From: Blepharisma stoltei ATCC 30299
Taxonomy: Eukaryota; Protista; Ciliophora
NCBI GenBank assembly: GCA_965603825.1
Contig: CBFDEM010000023.1
Coordinates: 372,001-436,000, forward strand
Length of the DNA stretch: 64,000 nucleotides
Direction of reading: 5' to 3'
In this document: one piece after another, positions 22,804-36,292 of the stretch
How positions within the stretch are numbered: position 1 is the first letter of the stretch
How the letters are laid out: each line of letters starts with the position of its first letter
Notes under the pieces: model-generated
The model's database searches: none
Seen by the model: the letters and a program-made list of their open reading frames with translations, nothing else
Told to the model about the DNA's origin: nothing
Position numbers and translations under genes: made by a program

Positions 22804-24957
22804 ATGGCTTCAAACAGACAACAAATTGCTTATTTATTTGCACCGTTTTCTCAAAAAATCCCTCCAAGAACAGCAATCCAAAATCTGCCGAAAACCCAGC
22901 GGCAAAGCCGTGTACTGGCATCCTTCTCAATTAACCCTAAAACTGAAGCTAAAGAAAGACCCTATACCATCTCTTCGTCATCAGGTTTTGCAGCTCCAGA
23001 CCAAAACCGTGCTATATCGCGAAACTTGCCAGCCCAAGCGTCAATTCGGCACAAAACTCAGCAGCCTCTTAATTCACGTATTGTATCTGAAAGAGGAGGA
23101 GAAAATGCAGATCAAAAAAGTCTGCTATATAAAAGAAGGGTCACTTCAAAATCGCCCACTTCATTTAAAGAAAGGATGTGCCAGTCATGCAAAAAACTGA
23201 AATGTCTATGCACTAATAAAGAAATAATTCAACTGCAAAACACAGATAATATAAGCCAAAATGAGGAATTTGAGGAGGAGTTTAAAAGTGACGATGATGT
23301 CATTGGAGAAGACGAGCTTTCGGAGGCTTGCAGCGAGTTTGAAGAGGAAGATAAAACTGAGTCACTTACACAAGAGTTCTCACCTGATAGTCCGATACCG
23401 AAATTAAAAGTTTTTCAATGTAGAAATGAAGTAGATACTAAGGCAATTATACAGGAAATTACAAGCAGAGCGAGAACGGTACTTCTAAGAAAACCAATTT
23501 ACAGTGGAAGGCCAGCAACTGTAGTTTTTGACTATCCAGGATGCTGCCAAGCGCATTCAAGAGTTGATGAGAGGACTTATATTATGTCAGATGACGAAGT
23601 CCAAGCAAAATCGCTTAGCTTTAGAGTTGGGGAAGGAGCTCATAAGCTTGCCTGCTTTATGACTGCTTTTAAGCATGCTGGCTTCAAAATGACAAGTTCT
23701 TCCACAAATTTCAATGTTTCTATTTCACGAGTCCCAAAACCAGAGTCTTTGAAGAAATTCAATCCTTACCAAAAAATCAACCATTTCCCAGGAATATGAC
23801 AAATTGGAAGAAAAGACAATTTATGAAGGAATGTCCTAAAGCAAAGGAGAAAATTCGGAAAACCTTATGAAATCTGCCCTCAAACATATATTCTGCCAGA
23901 AGATTTTTCAAGGTTTGAGATGGACAGAGAAGAAAATTCCCATCTTTTATGAATTCTTAAGCCTGCAGCATGGTCTTGTGGAAGAGGTATCAAAGTGATT
24001 TCTAATAAAACAAAAATACATAAAAGGAGAGGATACATTATCTCAAGATATATTGCTAATCCTCACACTATAAACGGTTACAAGTATGATTTAAGGATTT
24101 ACATCAGTGTTACGAGCTTTGATCCTCTGAGAGTCTATATATATAAAGAAGGACTTGTGAGATTCGCAACAGAGCAGTATTCTACTAATAAAAAAACATT
24201 AAAAAAGAGATACGTTCACCTCACAAATTTCAGTGTAAATAAGAGATCAGACAAATTTGTTAACCCTACTGAGGCTTGCCAAGATGCAGAAGGCAGCAAA
24301 TGGTCTTTGACTGCATTAAGAAGATACTTCAATGAGCAAGGAATAGACTTTGAAGCAGTTTTCGCAAAAATTCATGATGTAGTCATAAAGGCTCTTATTT
24401 CTGTAGAACCTGATATTGTAAATAGTATGGGTCAGGCAACAAAATCAAAAAATATTTGTTTTGAGACCTTTGGGTTTGATATTATGTTGGATCAAAATTT
24501 AAGACCTTGGCTAATTGAAGTCAATGTCCTTCCGTCCTTAAGTTCTACCTCACCCCTTGATAAAAGAATTAAGACTTCACTTATGTGCGATATTTTCACT
24601 ATGGTTGGAGTTGTACCATTTGATAGAGAACAGCTGGAAAAAGAAAGGGAAGAAATGAAAACAAATAGACTTCTTGGGTTTGAAAAACCTGCAAAAATTG
24701 CCCACAGAAACTTATCTGGATTGCTTAGCTGTGTAAACCTTGAAGACTATGATATAAATCAAGAAGATTTAAATGTGCTGATTGACTGCGAAGAAGAATG
24801 GGATAGGATTGGGAATTATAATAGAATTTTCCCGCTTAAAAGCAATGTGGATTATTATGCTCAGTTCTTTCCAATTACTAGATACAATAATTTGCTTGTA
24901 TGGAAATATTTGAAAGCTAGAAGTAACATACTTGACAAATATTGCAAGAAAAATTAG
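22804..24957 (+). CDS. Tubulin polyglutamylase, TTLL4/TTLL5-like, ~717 aa, three TGA=Trp
   Basis: QKINHFPGI-W-QIGRKDNL-W-RN (TGA 23797, 23824), LL-W-ILKP (TGA 23950), KYDLRIY, GLVRFATE, HLTNFSVNK, FETFGFDIMLD, PWLIEVN. Confidence 0.95.
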
Positions 24958-25061
24958 CCTTGGCGGAGATTAATTTATTTTTTACTGATTTATAAGACTT
25001 GCCATAATAGGAAGTAGCAATAAATTTCTTTGCATATTAGTAAATTAAAGAATATTTAAAT

Positions 25062-26546
25062 ATGAGTTTAACTCCTCGACCAAGAGAAGGATCTTTAGAG
25101 ACCTACGGAGCACATCCAGTTCAAACCCCAACCCCAAGATCTAATTCATCCAGCAAAGAATTCCGTGATTTAAAAATTCAATATGACATTCTTGAAAAAG
25201 AATTCAACAAAAATGTTTCAAGACTTGACAATTTAAAAACAGAGCTCGCCAAATCCCAGAAAAACATGCTAAAACAAGAAAACGAACTATCAATTGTTAA
25301 AGGCACAGTCCAGCTGCTAAACTCAGAAAAGCAAAAGCTAAACAAAGAATTAAATGAAAGCAAAGAATATATCAGAAAATTAGAGCAAAAGTTTATATCA
25401 GGAACCAAAGGACAGTTTCTTTCAGATATAAACCTTCAGCTGAGAACTCAACTTGAAGAAGTTCTATCAAAAAATAATGAAAAAGATACAGTTATATTGA
25501 AGCTACGCCAAGCAAATAAAGACTTGGAAAACCAATTATCAGTTCTTCAAAGAGCTTTAAGTTACACAAGTGCAAAAGAAGAAGACAGCTCTACAAATTT
25601 GGCGTCTTTTATCCAAAAAAGTGAAGAAGAAATGAAGCAGATTCTTATTGAAAAAGAAAACGAGTTGGAAAGAGCGCTTATACACATTGAGGAGCTAAAA
25701 TTGGTAAGAGAGGCTAATAATGTAGAGCTGGTTAGAGTGGAAACAGAAAATTTTAAGCAGGAACAAGAAATAAAAGCCTTAACAGAGCAGAATAAAACTT
25801 TGGCTAAAGACAGATCATCTTTGCTTCAATGTATTGAAGATATGAGTGCACAATTAAAAGAATATGAGCTTGACTTGGAATACTTTAATAAAGAGCTAAG
25901 TATTCAGAAAGAGACACAAAAGGCTAGTGAAGATGAACTTGAAATTATAAAGCACGAAAGAAGGGAGTTTTTAAACGAAATCGATAGATATAAAGTTCAA
26001 AACCAAAGCTTAATAAGCGAGCTTGAAAAAGTTTCTGGCTTGCCAAACGTAATTCTTATTTAGAAAGCCCAATCAAAAGATACAGAAATAGAACTATTAG
26101 CCTTAAAAGACCAGCTGAAAGAATACAAAAATAAGTGAATTGAAGAAGAGAAATTAAGAAAAGAAAAAGAAAATGAATTAAATATTTTGATACAGAAATA
26201 CAGACAAACTGAGAGTGCGTTAGAAGAATTAAAAGAAAAGAAAAAGGAAAACGAAAATAATTTAAGGTTGCAATTGGATAATACAGTTAAAGAGTTTGAA
26301 GAGTTATTGGAGGAAAAAGAAGGATTGAAAGAAGCCATGAATAAAGTTATTGATAAATCAGAGGAGTTAAATAAATATAGAAGTGAGTCTGTTGAAACCA
26401 TGCCAAGGAGTAAATCTGTGCTATCACAAGTAAGAGAAAGAAAATCTGCAATCAAGGAATCTAGTGATGGGGGAAATATATGAGAATTGATTGCCCAAGA
26501 AAAAAAGAAAAATGAAGAGCTAATAAAGCAGCTCGCAGACAAATAA
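25062..26546 (+). CDS. Coiled-coil protein, ~489 aa; intron 26049-26063, TGA=Trp at 26136 and 26481
   Basis: Continuous E/K/L heptad composition across the intron and both TGAs to TAA 26544-26546. Confidence 0.8.
26049..26063 (+). other. 15-nt intron GTAATTCTTATTTAG (phase 0)
   Basis: Matches the consensus; removal keeps the frame open. Confidence 0.85.
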
Positions 26547-26721
26547 CTTCAAGCAATTTTTAATTGAAATTTTATTCGGTAATTATTTAAAATAAAAATT
26601 AACAGATAAAAAAACGCATGAATTTTTGGCATTATTTGGCTCTCCTGATTATAAATTTCAATTAAAATTACCATATTAAAAGATGAGATAAATATTATAT
26701 GGTTTTTAGAGCATGCTTCGT

Positions 26722-27399
<678 letters not shown>

Positions 27400-27561
27400 T
27401 CAACTCTCATTTTTATCGCAAAATTACTTGCCCGTCTGTAAAAGCCAGTATTTGCTCACATATTTTATTGATATCTATTTAATCCAAGGGTATTTAAACT
27501 AATCATCGAGAATTCTGCGCTTTGGATTAGTTTAGACAAATTCTGTTGAGACATTTTATAA

Positions 27562-28242
27562 ATGTGAAAATATCCATCACACTGGGAGTTCTCAAAGCTG
27601 ACGTGAAATAATTCACCTGATAAATATACCTGTTTTGAGCCGCAAGATAATCCGTCAAGACTTAATATAAAAAAAAATCAAACAAACAACACGTTTATCT
27701 CAGTTTTTTCAAATGAAGCACTTCCCGACAACTCCATCAATTATTTTGAAGTTCGGTTTAAAAACTTTAATAATAAAAGAGAAACTTCAAACATCATAGT
27801 AGGGATCGCAATTAATCCTAAAGAAAACCAAATTAATGAAGCGTTTACAAACAACCAAAATGGATTCGGCTTTTATTTGAAATTTCAGTCATTAAGGCAT
27901 GGAAGCAGCTTTTGGGGAAGGCATTATGCAGATACGAAAGATAAAATCACAAGCGAAGACGTCATTGCAGTAATTGTAGATAAAATTGATGGGACTTTAA
28001 GCTACCTTATAAATGGCATTGAATATGGTATAGCTTTTGTAAACGAAAAGATAATAAATGAAAATGTCTATGCAGCTTTAAGCTTCAGCTCTAATGTATC
28101 CTCAATTGAATTTGTAAAATCAAGATTTTATGTATGGACAATGATTAAGGGAATTTTATATATTAGAAAAAAGCGAGTGAACAAGCTGATTGATGGTCTG
28201 CCAATTAGTTTATTTAGAGAACTTCTATTTTATTTATATTAA
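27562..28242 (+). CDS. SPRY/B30.2-domain protein with C-terminal F-box/SOCS-like motif, ~226 aa
   Basis: ATG-TGA start (M-W-KYP), second TGA at 27604. SPRY signatures YFEV, IIVGIA, DVIAVIVD...GTLSYLINGIEYGIAF, VYAALS. Tail LPISLFRELLFYL. Confidence 0.8.
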
Positions 28243-28311
28243 AGCTGCTTATAAAGAAATAATTTCAGTATATGTAAATTTAAAAATGATTGTTTATTTT
28301 CATAATTGAAT

Positions 28312-29856
28312 ATGGAAAGAAAAAGACAAGCATTAGACGTATCAAACTGGGGATTTAGTATAGACAACGAAAAACGAATAAGCCACCCCAAAAGCTATCT
28401 CATGGCTTTGTAACTTTTATTCAGTGATCCAACTCAAGATCAAGAATCCCCCATAAGAGCGTTTGAGAGGGATGCAAGTGACTCTTCACAAGAAAACTTC
28501 ACATCCAGGCCTTCTACAACTTCATCAATTACAAGAGAAAGTATAAGTGTTTTTTCTGGAGCTTCAAGCCGAAGAACTTCCCTTAAGCCAAATCCTCCAA
28601 AAAATCAAATTGAAAATATACCAAATCGAATTGATAGCAACGAAGGCCAATACAAACAGCAGAATATTGTAATAAATAGGCCAATTGAGCCTAAGCAAAA
28701 CTTAAATGCTGAAATTTATAAAAAATCAAATTTGATAGAAATTAAGCAGAAAAGAGAAAGTGAAGCTGCAGAGGAAAGGGACTTTCAGAAGAGGAGGGCA
28801 GATTTGAGCGATTTTGAAAGGTCAATTGTGGAAAGAGCGAAAATTAAGGAACTGCCTTTTAATGAGACGATAAAAAATTTGACTTTTGACAGTCAAGAGG
28901 AGAGCTCACAGATTAATCCTCCTAGAAGAGCTAGAGATAGCATGGCTTCTGTATTTAATGAAATGAATTTTGATACTTCAGATGAGGAACTTGAACATCG
29001 AACAAGAATGAACACATTGCAAAACAGCATCATTCAGCAAATTCCTTTAGAAGATATAAATGAATCGGATTTTAATGTTGGCTCTCCTATGTCGACTGAC
29101 ACTATTCCTAATGAGCAGGCAATGGATTCTGAAGATGAAGAATTTTTTTATAACCCTGGGCAAGGAAATGTCTCTGCTGCTCCTTCTGTTGCTAGAAAGG
29201 CTCCTAAAAAGATTAATAAAGCAACACCAGATACTAACGAAAAATTTGGTCTTAAGAGAAAGTTAGTTACTCCTTCACAAGATAATGAGCAACGAAGGTA
29301 TCCGAAAAGAAATAGGATAAAGCCTGTCCAGCATTGGCGAAATGAAAGAATTGTATATGATGAATCTAACAGAATCCTAGGTGTTGACGTCAAAGAAGAA
29401 GGATATTTAACACGAAGTGACGCCAAAATTTATAACCGGCAACCAAAAAAACCTAAATTAAGAAATCAAGTAACCCAAGAACAGTGTGAGTTGCCTGTTT
29501 TTGACTCAAGATCAAAAAAAGAAGTCCTTGAAAAAGTCGTCTATCCTAAGTCAAACTGAGTATCTGATGAAGAAGCCAAAGGAAAAATCGCCCACGTTGG
29601 AGAAGACGATAAAATACGGCTAATTGTCATCAGTTTAAAACCAGGAGATTCCTTTGACTTCGGCATCACAAATTCAAGAATTGTCGGAATTATTATGATG
29701 TCCGGAATTTTCTCTACACAAATAACGATCCATGAATCAATCCTAAATCTCTCACAATGAGATATATTTTGTGTGCCACCAAAAAACAAACTCACCATAA
29801 CAAATAATTCTCCTAAGTGCTACTCGAAGGTTCACCTGCAGATAGAGAAGATATAA
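28312..29856 (+). CDS. CENPC: CENP-C/Mif2 homologue, ~509 aa; intron 28410-28424, TGA=Trp at 29557 and 29758
   Basis: Disordered N-terminus, CENP-C motif RRYPKRNRIKPVQHWRNERIVY (~29293-29358), and a C-terminal cupin-like region (ISLKPGDSF...WDIFCVPPKNKLTITNNS) visible only with TGA=Trp. Confidence 0.78.
28410..28424 (+). other. 15-nt intron GTAACTTTTATTCAG (phase 2)
   Basis: Unspliced frame reads TTG TAA; removal joins ATG 28312 to the long ORF. Confidence 0.85.
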
Positions 29857-29905
29857 CTTGTACTTAAATAATAAGCTTTATTCTTTGAATTGTAAACATT
29901 AGCAT

Positions 29906-30403
29906 TTATTTTTTCTTTTTCTTTCCTTTTTTGGCTTTTTTAGGAGGAGCTGTTTGAGAAGTGATCATTTTCTTGACAGCACTAATATAGTCAATTTCTC
30001 CGAACCCTTCTGGGTCCATCTCTTTAAGCATTTCTTCAAGCTCATCCTCGGTGAGATCTTTGCAGAGAGCTAAGAATGATTCTCTGATATCTTCACATTT
30101 CACTTTTCCTGTTCCTTCTCGGTCAAATGCTCGGAAGGCCTCAAGCATTTCTTCTTCACGGTCATCTTTTTTGAGCCTTCTAATCATAAGTGCTTGGAAT
30201 CCTTCATAATAAATGAGACCGTTATTGTCTGGGTCGAATTCCTTACCATATTCATCAAGTTCTTCGTCAGTAGGATTTTGGCCGAGAGCTCTCATGACTG
30301 TTCCTAGCTCGCTTAGAGGAATTAAATCATCACCGTTGTCATCAAATAGCTTGAAGGCTTTTTTGAATGCCAATATCTGTTCTGGAGACAGTGCTTCGTC
30401 CAT
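29906..30403 (-). CDS. Calmodulin-like EF-hand protein with polybasic C-terminus
   Basis: [39 protein letters not shown]; tail [11 protein letters not shown]. Confidence 0.9.
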   Translation of the reverse strand: MDEALSPEQILAFKKAFKLFDDNGDDLIPLSELGTVMRALGQNPTDEELDEYGKEFDPDNNGLIYYEGFQALMIRRLKKDDREEEMLEAFRAFDREGTGKVKCEDIRESFLALCKDLTEDELEEMLKEMDPEGFGEIDYISAVKKMITSQTAPPKKAKKGKKKKK

Positions 30404-30468
30404 TATTATTTAATTTAACTAATAAAAATGCTTTAATTAATTGCAAGATACGAAGAAAAGTGCATGAC

Positions 30469-31812
30469 TTATCTCTTTTTCTTTAGAACAGGACAGTAGC
30501 CTTTTGCTTTAGCAAGCTTAAGGCTTAGAGAAGCTTTATAAGACATAATGTCAGGCTTATTTCTGAATTTGACTGAAGGCTTTTTCTCTGGGGTTTCTAT
30601 AGAGCTTTGACTTTCTAAACTATCGAATGGATTAAGCTCATAGGTCTGAGATTCATTAATAAAGTCAGTTTTTGATTTGGCCTCATTCACTCCTGAACTA
30701 AAGCTTCTTCTTAGTTTTGGGTCGACTTGAATTTGCAAGTCAAGAAAATCATCTAAAGGAATATACTCTTTTTTATGATATGCTTTTACTTCTCCATGGT
30801 CTAGCTTTATTTCTGCCCTGACTTTACCTATATAAAACACTCCAGATGATACTTGAATTACATTTAAATCCATTTTTTTTTCATGTAAAGTTTCTTTAAT
30901 TACAGATTCAAGAATATCCTCCATCATCCCTGATTGTGCATCTGCACCAAAAGTAAACCTATAATTGCTTTCATCTTCGGTAGGGCAGATTGCTTTGATT
31001 TCAAACTCTTTAAGTTGGCTTGACATTAAGCTGTTTCGACTTTGAAATATTCTTAGTTGCTCTAGGTTTTCTTCATTCACTTTCATTTGCGATTTTAATA
31101 AACTTTTAGCATTATCAAGTGCAAATTCTAATTCTTTTACTTTTTCAACATCATTTATAATAAAATGATTAGTCTCTATTTCAGTTGATAAACTATTTAG
31201 TTTGCTTTCCAACACAGATTTTTCTGATTTGAGTAGCTCAAGACAAGTCTCAATTTCATGCTTTTGCATCGAAACCTCTTTTATTTTTCCTATAAAATAA
31301 TGCTCTCTTTCTTTAAATTTTTCAATTGATTCTTTATATTTTTGCATTAGTCTCTCATATTTACCATTAGCTCCAAAATATTCTAAAAACTTTGCATTAG
31401 TTTCATCACTTTGTTTAGCCATATCTTCAGTAATTAAATTTAATTTTTCAAGCAGCATAACTCTTGAGGTTTCACTGATTCTCAGATCATTTCTAAGTCT
31501 TTCTACCTCTTGCATAAATTTATTTTGTGAAAATATTTTGTATCCTAATTCAAGTTTAATCCCATGTATATTTTTTTCAGTAACAATTCAGCCATCCTTA
31601 ATAGTGATCATTTCAAATTCTGCTACAAAATCATCTCCAAATAAAATATCTATCTTCGTTTCTTGAGCCTCTTTTGCAGATATAGAAACCATAGAGTCTT
31701 TATTGTAAGGCCAGATAACTTTTTCATTAACTTCATTATCAATTATTGTGCAAGTAATTTCATTACTATTCTCTGCATGAACATTCAGAATTTTGAATTG
31801 CAAAGTTTCCAT
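30469..31812 (-). CDS. Coiled-coil protein with degenerate GAS2/GAR-like domain, ~447 aa, TGA=Trp at 31588
   Basis: ATG 31812 (METLQF) is in frame through TGA into the 348-aa ORF. VIQVSSGVFYIG...EYIPLDDFL resembles a GAR domain. Confidence 0.7.
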
Positions 31813-31831
31813 TTTAATTATAACAGATATC

Positions 31832-33151
31832 ATGAAATACTCAAAAGCTGGAATTCTGAAGAAAAAGGTCAGCCCCGGCAGTGATGTTTTGGAAGAAGAA
31901 GCCAAACTCATGGAAGCAAAACTTGCTCAGCTGAGGGATTTTATGAAAAATGAAAAGGTAAAAAGAGAACAAGCTCCTAAACAAAAAGATGGCTCAAGAT
32001 GAAGATCTGGAACCCAAAATAAGCCAAATGCGAATTATGCGGATCTGGTTTTAAGTTATAAGCCAAAGCCACCTAGCAACCAAAGCGCAAAACGACCTCA
32101 GAAAACTGAAGAATTCATACCTACGAGTGCATTGATTGGAGAGCCCACCTCTGTTAAGTCTGAAGAAACGCTTCCTTCTGAAGCAGATCCGATTATGGAC
32201 TTTTTGGCTTCATGTGGAATGGAAAAATACTATAATTTGTTAATTGAAAATGGGATCGACGAGCTTGAAATTTTGCTTGAACTGACTGAAGAGCATCTGA
32301 ATAATTTGAATATCCCTCTTGGTCACCGATTGAAAATCCTAAAAAAAATCAGAGAAAATAAAAGCCCATCAAGCCAATCTGAACGAATACCAGAAACCCC
32401 TCAAAAGCCTCAGCTCGTGCCTTTGCCTATCAACCCAAGCTCATTTGGGGAGACAAGAGACGCTGGAATAGGAGATTCCTCTAGTGAAGGAAGACTAATT
32501 GATGGAGACTTCAATGAAGCGGAATCCAACGCTATGTTTAGAGAAGCCTTAGAAAACTTCCGTAGAGGAGGAAGCATGACAAAGCATGATCCAAACCAAA
32601 GAGATGAGTCTAAAGAGCTTAAAAAGGTCAGATTTGTTGACCCTGTAACTGCTGATATGCTCCCAAAAGGAGGATCTAAGCTATTTTATAGTGGAACTTG
32701 GGAGCCTGATCAAGCAGCACTACCTGATAAATCTGATGAAGGAAGTGGGTCAAATAAACCACTTTTTAACGAAAAAAAGTCCTGCTGAAATTGTTATAAA
32801 ATATTTTCTAAAGGAGATGGCACCACAAATGACGGGAAAGAATTTTGTTCTCAGGAGTGCTCAGATAAGCATGTAGCTTCTAAGTCAATAACTTGCAAAT
32901 GTGGCAGCTTATTTTTAAAAACAGATGGGATTTTCAATAGAGGAATTTGGTATTGTAAAGAAAAATGCGCAGAAGAAGATGAAAATACACAAGAGCAAGA
33001 AGAAAAACCATATAAAGAAACTAATGAAGCCAATCATGCTTTTGAAGAAGAAAATAGCATAGCAAGTAGCGGTGAGGGTGAAGATTTTATTGCGATTGAC
33101 CCAACAACTGGAGATCCAATTGAGAGGCGAAATGTAATAATCAATGGATAA
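31832..33151 (+). CDS. SAM-domain protein with C-terminal FCS/TRASH-like zinc fingers, ~439 aa, TGA=Trp at 32000 and 32786
   Basis: SAM: FLASCGMEKYYNLLIENGID...LTEEHL..LNIPLGHRLKILK. After TGA: C-W-NC...FCSQEC and CKC...YCKEKC. TAA at 33149-33151. Confidence 0.82.
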
Positions 33152-33226
33152 AGTATAAGAAAAAGAAAATTCATATGTGATTGAGCTAAGAAAATAATCT
33201 TTTAAAACCACTAATCATTATTAGAA

Positions 33227-33772
33227 ATGGTGCTCATCTCTGAAGTCTATAGGTACCTCTTATCTCCAGTAGAAAAAACTTTCAAAAGCTGGGAAGGTGC
33301 AGCTGGAATGAAAGGGAAAATTGGGAGATGGTTTAGAATTGGCCGCGTCCCACTGCCTATAATTGAAAGTTGGGGTAGAGTTTTCAACACCTTATACATG
33401 ATGATTTATACAATGACCCAGCGCCCATGGGGTCCTCTCTACAAGAGATTATTCGAAATGGATATGCATCCAGGAAAGTTTTATTATATTTTCGCAAGAC
33501 ATCGTCTAATACTTTTCTTTTGGTTTGGTCACACATTTATATATGACTACAATATGATGTCTTCCATGAAAAACAATTCTGATCACTTAGCTTATTTCAA
33601 TGCTAAATACTCAAGAAAATTCCCAAGAAATACCCTCAACTGGAGAACTTCAGCTCACTATTTGGAAATTTCCCGCATTTACACTGTAGAAATGATCAAG
33701 AAGTTAGCAGTTATTGAGCAAGAGCTGGCAGAAGAGCATAGAAGACAGAAAGCAATTGCTCTTATTAAGTAA
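33227..33772 (+). CDS. Mitochondrial ATP synthase subunit i/j, alveolate type (probable)
   Basis: GKIGRWFRIG and PRNTLNWRTSAHYLEISRIYTVEM resemble, from memory, Tetrahymena subunit i/j (GKLGRFFAIG; PLNSLNQRTSAHYIEIN.IY..EM). Confidence 0.7.
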   Translation: MVLISEVYRYLLSPVEKTFKSWEGAAGMKGKIGRWFRIGRVPLPIIESWGRVFNTLYMMIYTMTQRPWGPLYKRLFEMDMHPGKFYYIFARHRLILFFWFGHTFIYDYNMMSSMKNNSDHLAYFNAKYSRKFPRNTLNWRTSAHYLEISRIYTVEMIKKLAVIEQELAEEHRRQKAIALIK

Positions 33773-33943
33773 GAGTTAGTCTTAAGAATAAATTTGATTT
33801 TTAAATTTCTTTAAATTATTATTTATGTATGTGATGTATTATCTAATAGATAAGCATAGAAGAATAATTAAGGCAGGTTTTACCTATAGTAATATGCATC
33901 CCTCATGCTTTAGTTAGCGCTTTTATTATAATTTCACTAAAAG

Positions 33944-35611
33944 TTAATGAGAAGGAAATCTATTTATCAAATTATTATATCTTTTCCATAAATAGTTCTC
34001 CCTGAATAGCTTTACTTTTGGGCTTAATGATGCTGTTTTTTTTGCCTCTTCAACAGTTTTATTTTCCAATATAGACATATATGTTGATTTTTTATACTTT
34101 TGGCTTGAATTTAAAATGCTGTTATCGTTTTCTGGCTTTACTTGTTCTCTTATATCTCAAGTGTTTTTCGAATTGCTTATCAACTCTCCCCTTTCATTCA
34201 GAAAAAATCTAGCGTCATCACGTATTGAATAAAGATAGCTTTGCAGCCTATCTTCATTTAGTTCTTCAGCCTCTTCCAAACTAATACTAAAATCTTTATC
34301 TATATTGCCATTTTTTTGCTTGTACTTATCAAGAGAATCTAAAACCATCCTTCCATGTTTGACTGATGAATTTAAACTTGGTTTTGTTCCACTAATCAAT
34401 ACTTTCCTCTGTTCTTGACCAAGTTTCAGCCTTAAAGGAAGATTATTTTCAGTGAGATTAAAAGATGATACAAGGTTTATCAGTCCTCCTTTGAACATGG
34501 GCTTTAAAAAAAGCTTTTCAAATTTTTCATAGCTTAAATGTTTTGAATTCACATACTTGTTTATCAAAATTCTTCCTTCAAGCTTATTAGAGACCAAATT
34601 TTTGTCTACCAAAAATTCGCAGACTTTATTAATATGTACAAGGTCATGATCAGGCTCGAGTTCTTTTCACCACAGCTTAAGCAGAACTGCAAATTGATCT
34701 ATTCTAAAGGTTTTTGGACCTTCTTTCATCATACTGCTATCGAAGCTTGATGAACTCTGTGAGAATGCTTTGTTCTCTTCATCTCTGACAACTTCTTTAC
34801 AATATAAATTTAATGCATTTAATAAAAAATCTGTTTTCTTATCTCCTTTAAACATTTCCAAAAATTGCTGTTTCTCAATTTTCATAGTTGATAAATTGTT
34901 TGTTTTAAATATTATCATCAGAGCTTTTTCGATATAAGAAATATCACGACTGATCCCGAGTGCAAGAAGTGCAGCAATTACATCAGTCAAATTAATAAAC
35001 CCAATATTTTCATGGTCCAGTGCTTCAAATAGCTGTTTTAAAAACTCTGCAAAGTCTTTAGAGTCATTATTAATTGCTTCAAGTCCATGCTTTTTTATTC
35101 AAGCATCTCTGTTATTTTCATTTCATTTTCTATCTGAATTATTTGGGAAACTGTTGACAGCTTTGGATTTTTCAAAAACTGGCTGTAAATTTTCAGTAAC
35201 CTGGTTTAATAAATTCTGTTTTTTTGCTTTAATTCCGATAATAATTTTCATACCTGCTGACATACGTTTAAAGCTTTTAGAAAACGCTGATTTGTCTTTT
35301 ATTGCTTCTTTTTCATCTTCAACAGATACCATAGCTCTTATCATATGATGGCTTGCATTTAATTTGAGTTTATTTTGCTTTTTTATGAAATCAAGGTTAG
35401 GAATTTGATGTTTTGGGGCGACTTCTAAACTTTGTCTAAGTATTCTTGGAGCATTTTTGGTGGTTTTTGGGCTTGGATTAATAACTGGCAGTTTATCATA
35501 ATTATCATAAATTGTTGAAGTCAAATTAAAAGTCGAGTGAATTGTTTCATCATAAGAAGGAGAGCTCGGCAAATTGTTAATTGTTTTTATAGGAGAAGGG
35601 TAGTTTGCCAT
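33944..35611 (-). CDS. EF-hand-containing hypothetical protein, ~555 aa, four TGA=Trp
   Basis: Three track ORFs are joined in one frame by TGA at 35123, 35099, 34667 and 34157. EF-like LFEALDHENIGFINLTDV. TAA at 33944-33946. Confidence 0.78.
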
Positions 35612-35701
35612 TATTAAATGTTTTAGTGCGAAAAATCAATTTTAAAATATATTAAGAGGAAAACTCGGTGAAATTTATTGATACAACAAAATAAATTGTA
35701 A

Positions 35702-36292
35702 ATGGCCCTTCTATTGTGTTTACTTTTTACTGGAGTATTCAGTTTTGAAGTTTCTCTTCAACGTAGGGGAGTCCAATGCTTCGGAGAGGATCTTTCTAAG
35801 GGAACACTTTATGTGGGAGAAGTTTCTACTAATGATAAGAGGCCTGATTATCGCCCTTTATCAATTAGAGCTTTGTTCAAAGATATCTCAGTCATTTACG
35901 AAAAAGCAAATATAAACCATGACAAGTTTAGCTTTACTTCAACAGACGATGGACCACATATGCTTTGCATTGAAAATGCTGGACAATTTGAAGTATGGGC
36001 AGATGTAAAAATCTTGACTGGAGCTGCTGCCAAAGATTATAGCAATGTTGCTTCGACCAAAGATCTAAGAGAGTCAGAAAGAAAGATCGAACTCATAAAA
36101 GAGAACACAAAGCAAATTCATAAAGAATTACAGCACATTAGGGAGAGAGAGGAAGAAATGAGGAACACAAATGAAACAATTCATTCAAGGGTTGTGGCAT
36201 ATTCGATCTTTACAATTGTCTTTTTAATTGCTTTAGCTTTGATTCAGACTTTATATCTCAAAAGATTCTTTAAATCTAAGAAAATGATCTAA
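35702..36292 (+). CDS. p24/EMP24/GOLD cargo receptor (p24-delta/TMED10-like)
   Basis: Signal peptide, GOLD cysteines, REEEMRNTNETIHSRV, TM segment, YLKRFFKSKKMI dilysine tail. Confidence 0.93.
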   Translation: MALLLCLLFTGVFSFEVSLQRRGVQCFGEDLSKGTLYVGEVSTNDKRPDYRPLSIRALFKDISVIYEKANINHDKFSFTSTDDGPHMLCIENAGQFEVWADVKILTGAAAKDYSNVASTKDLRESERKIELIKENTKQIHKELQHIREREEEMRNTNETIHSRVVAYSIFTIVFLIALALIQTLYLKRFFKSKKMI

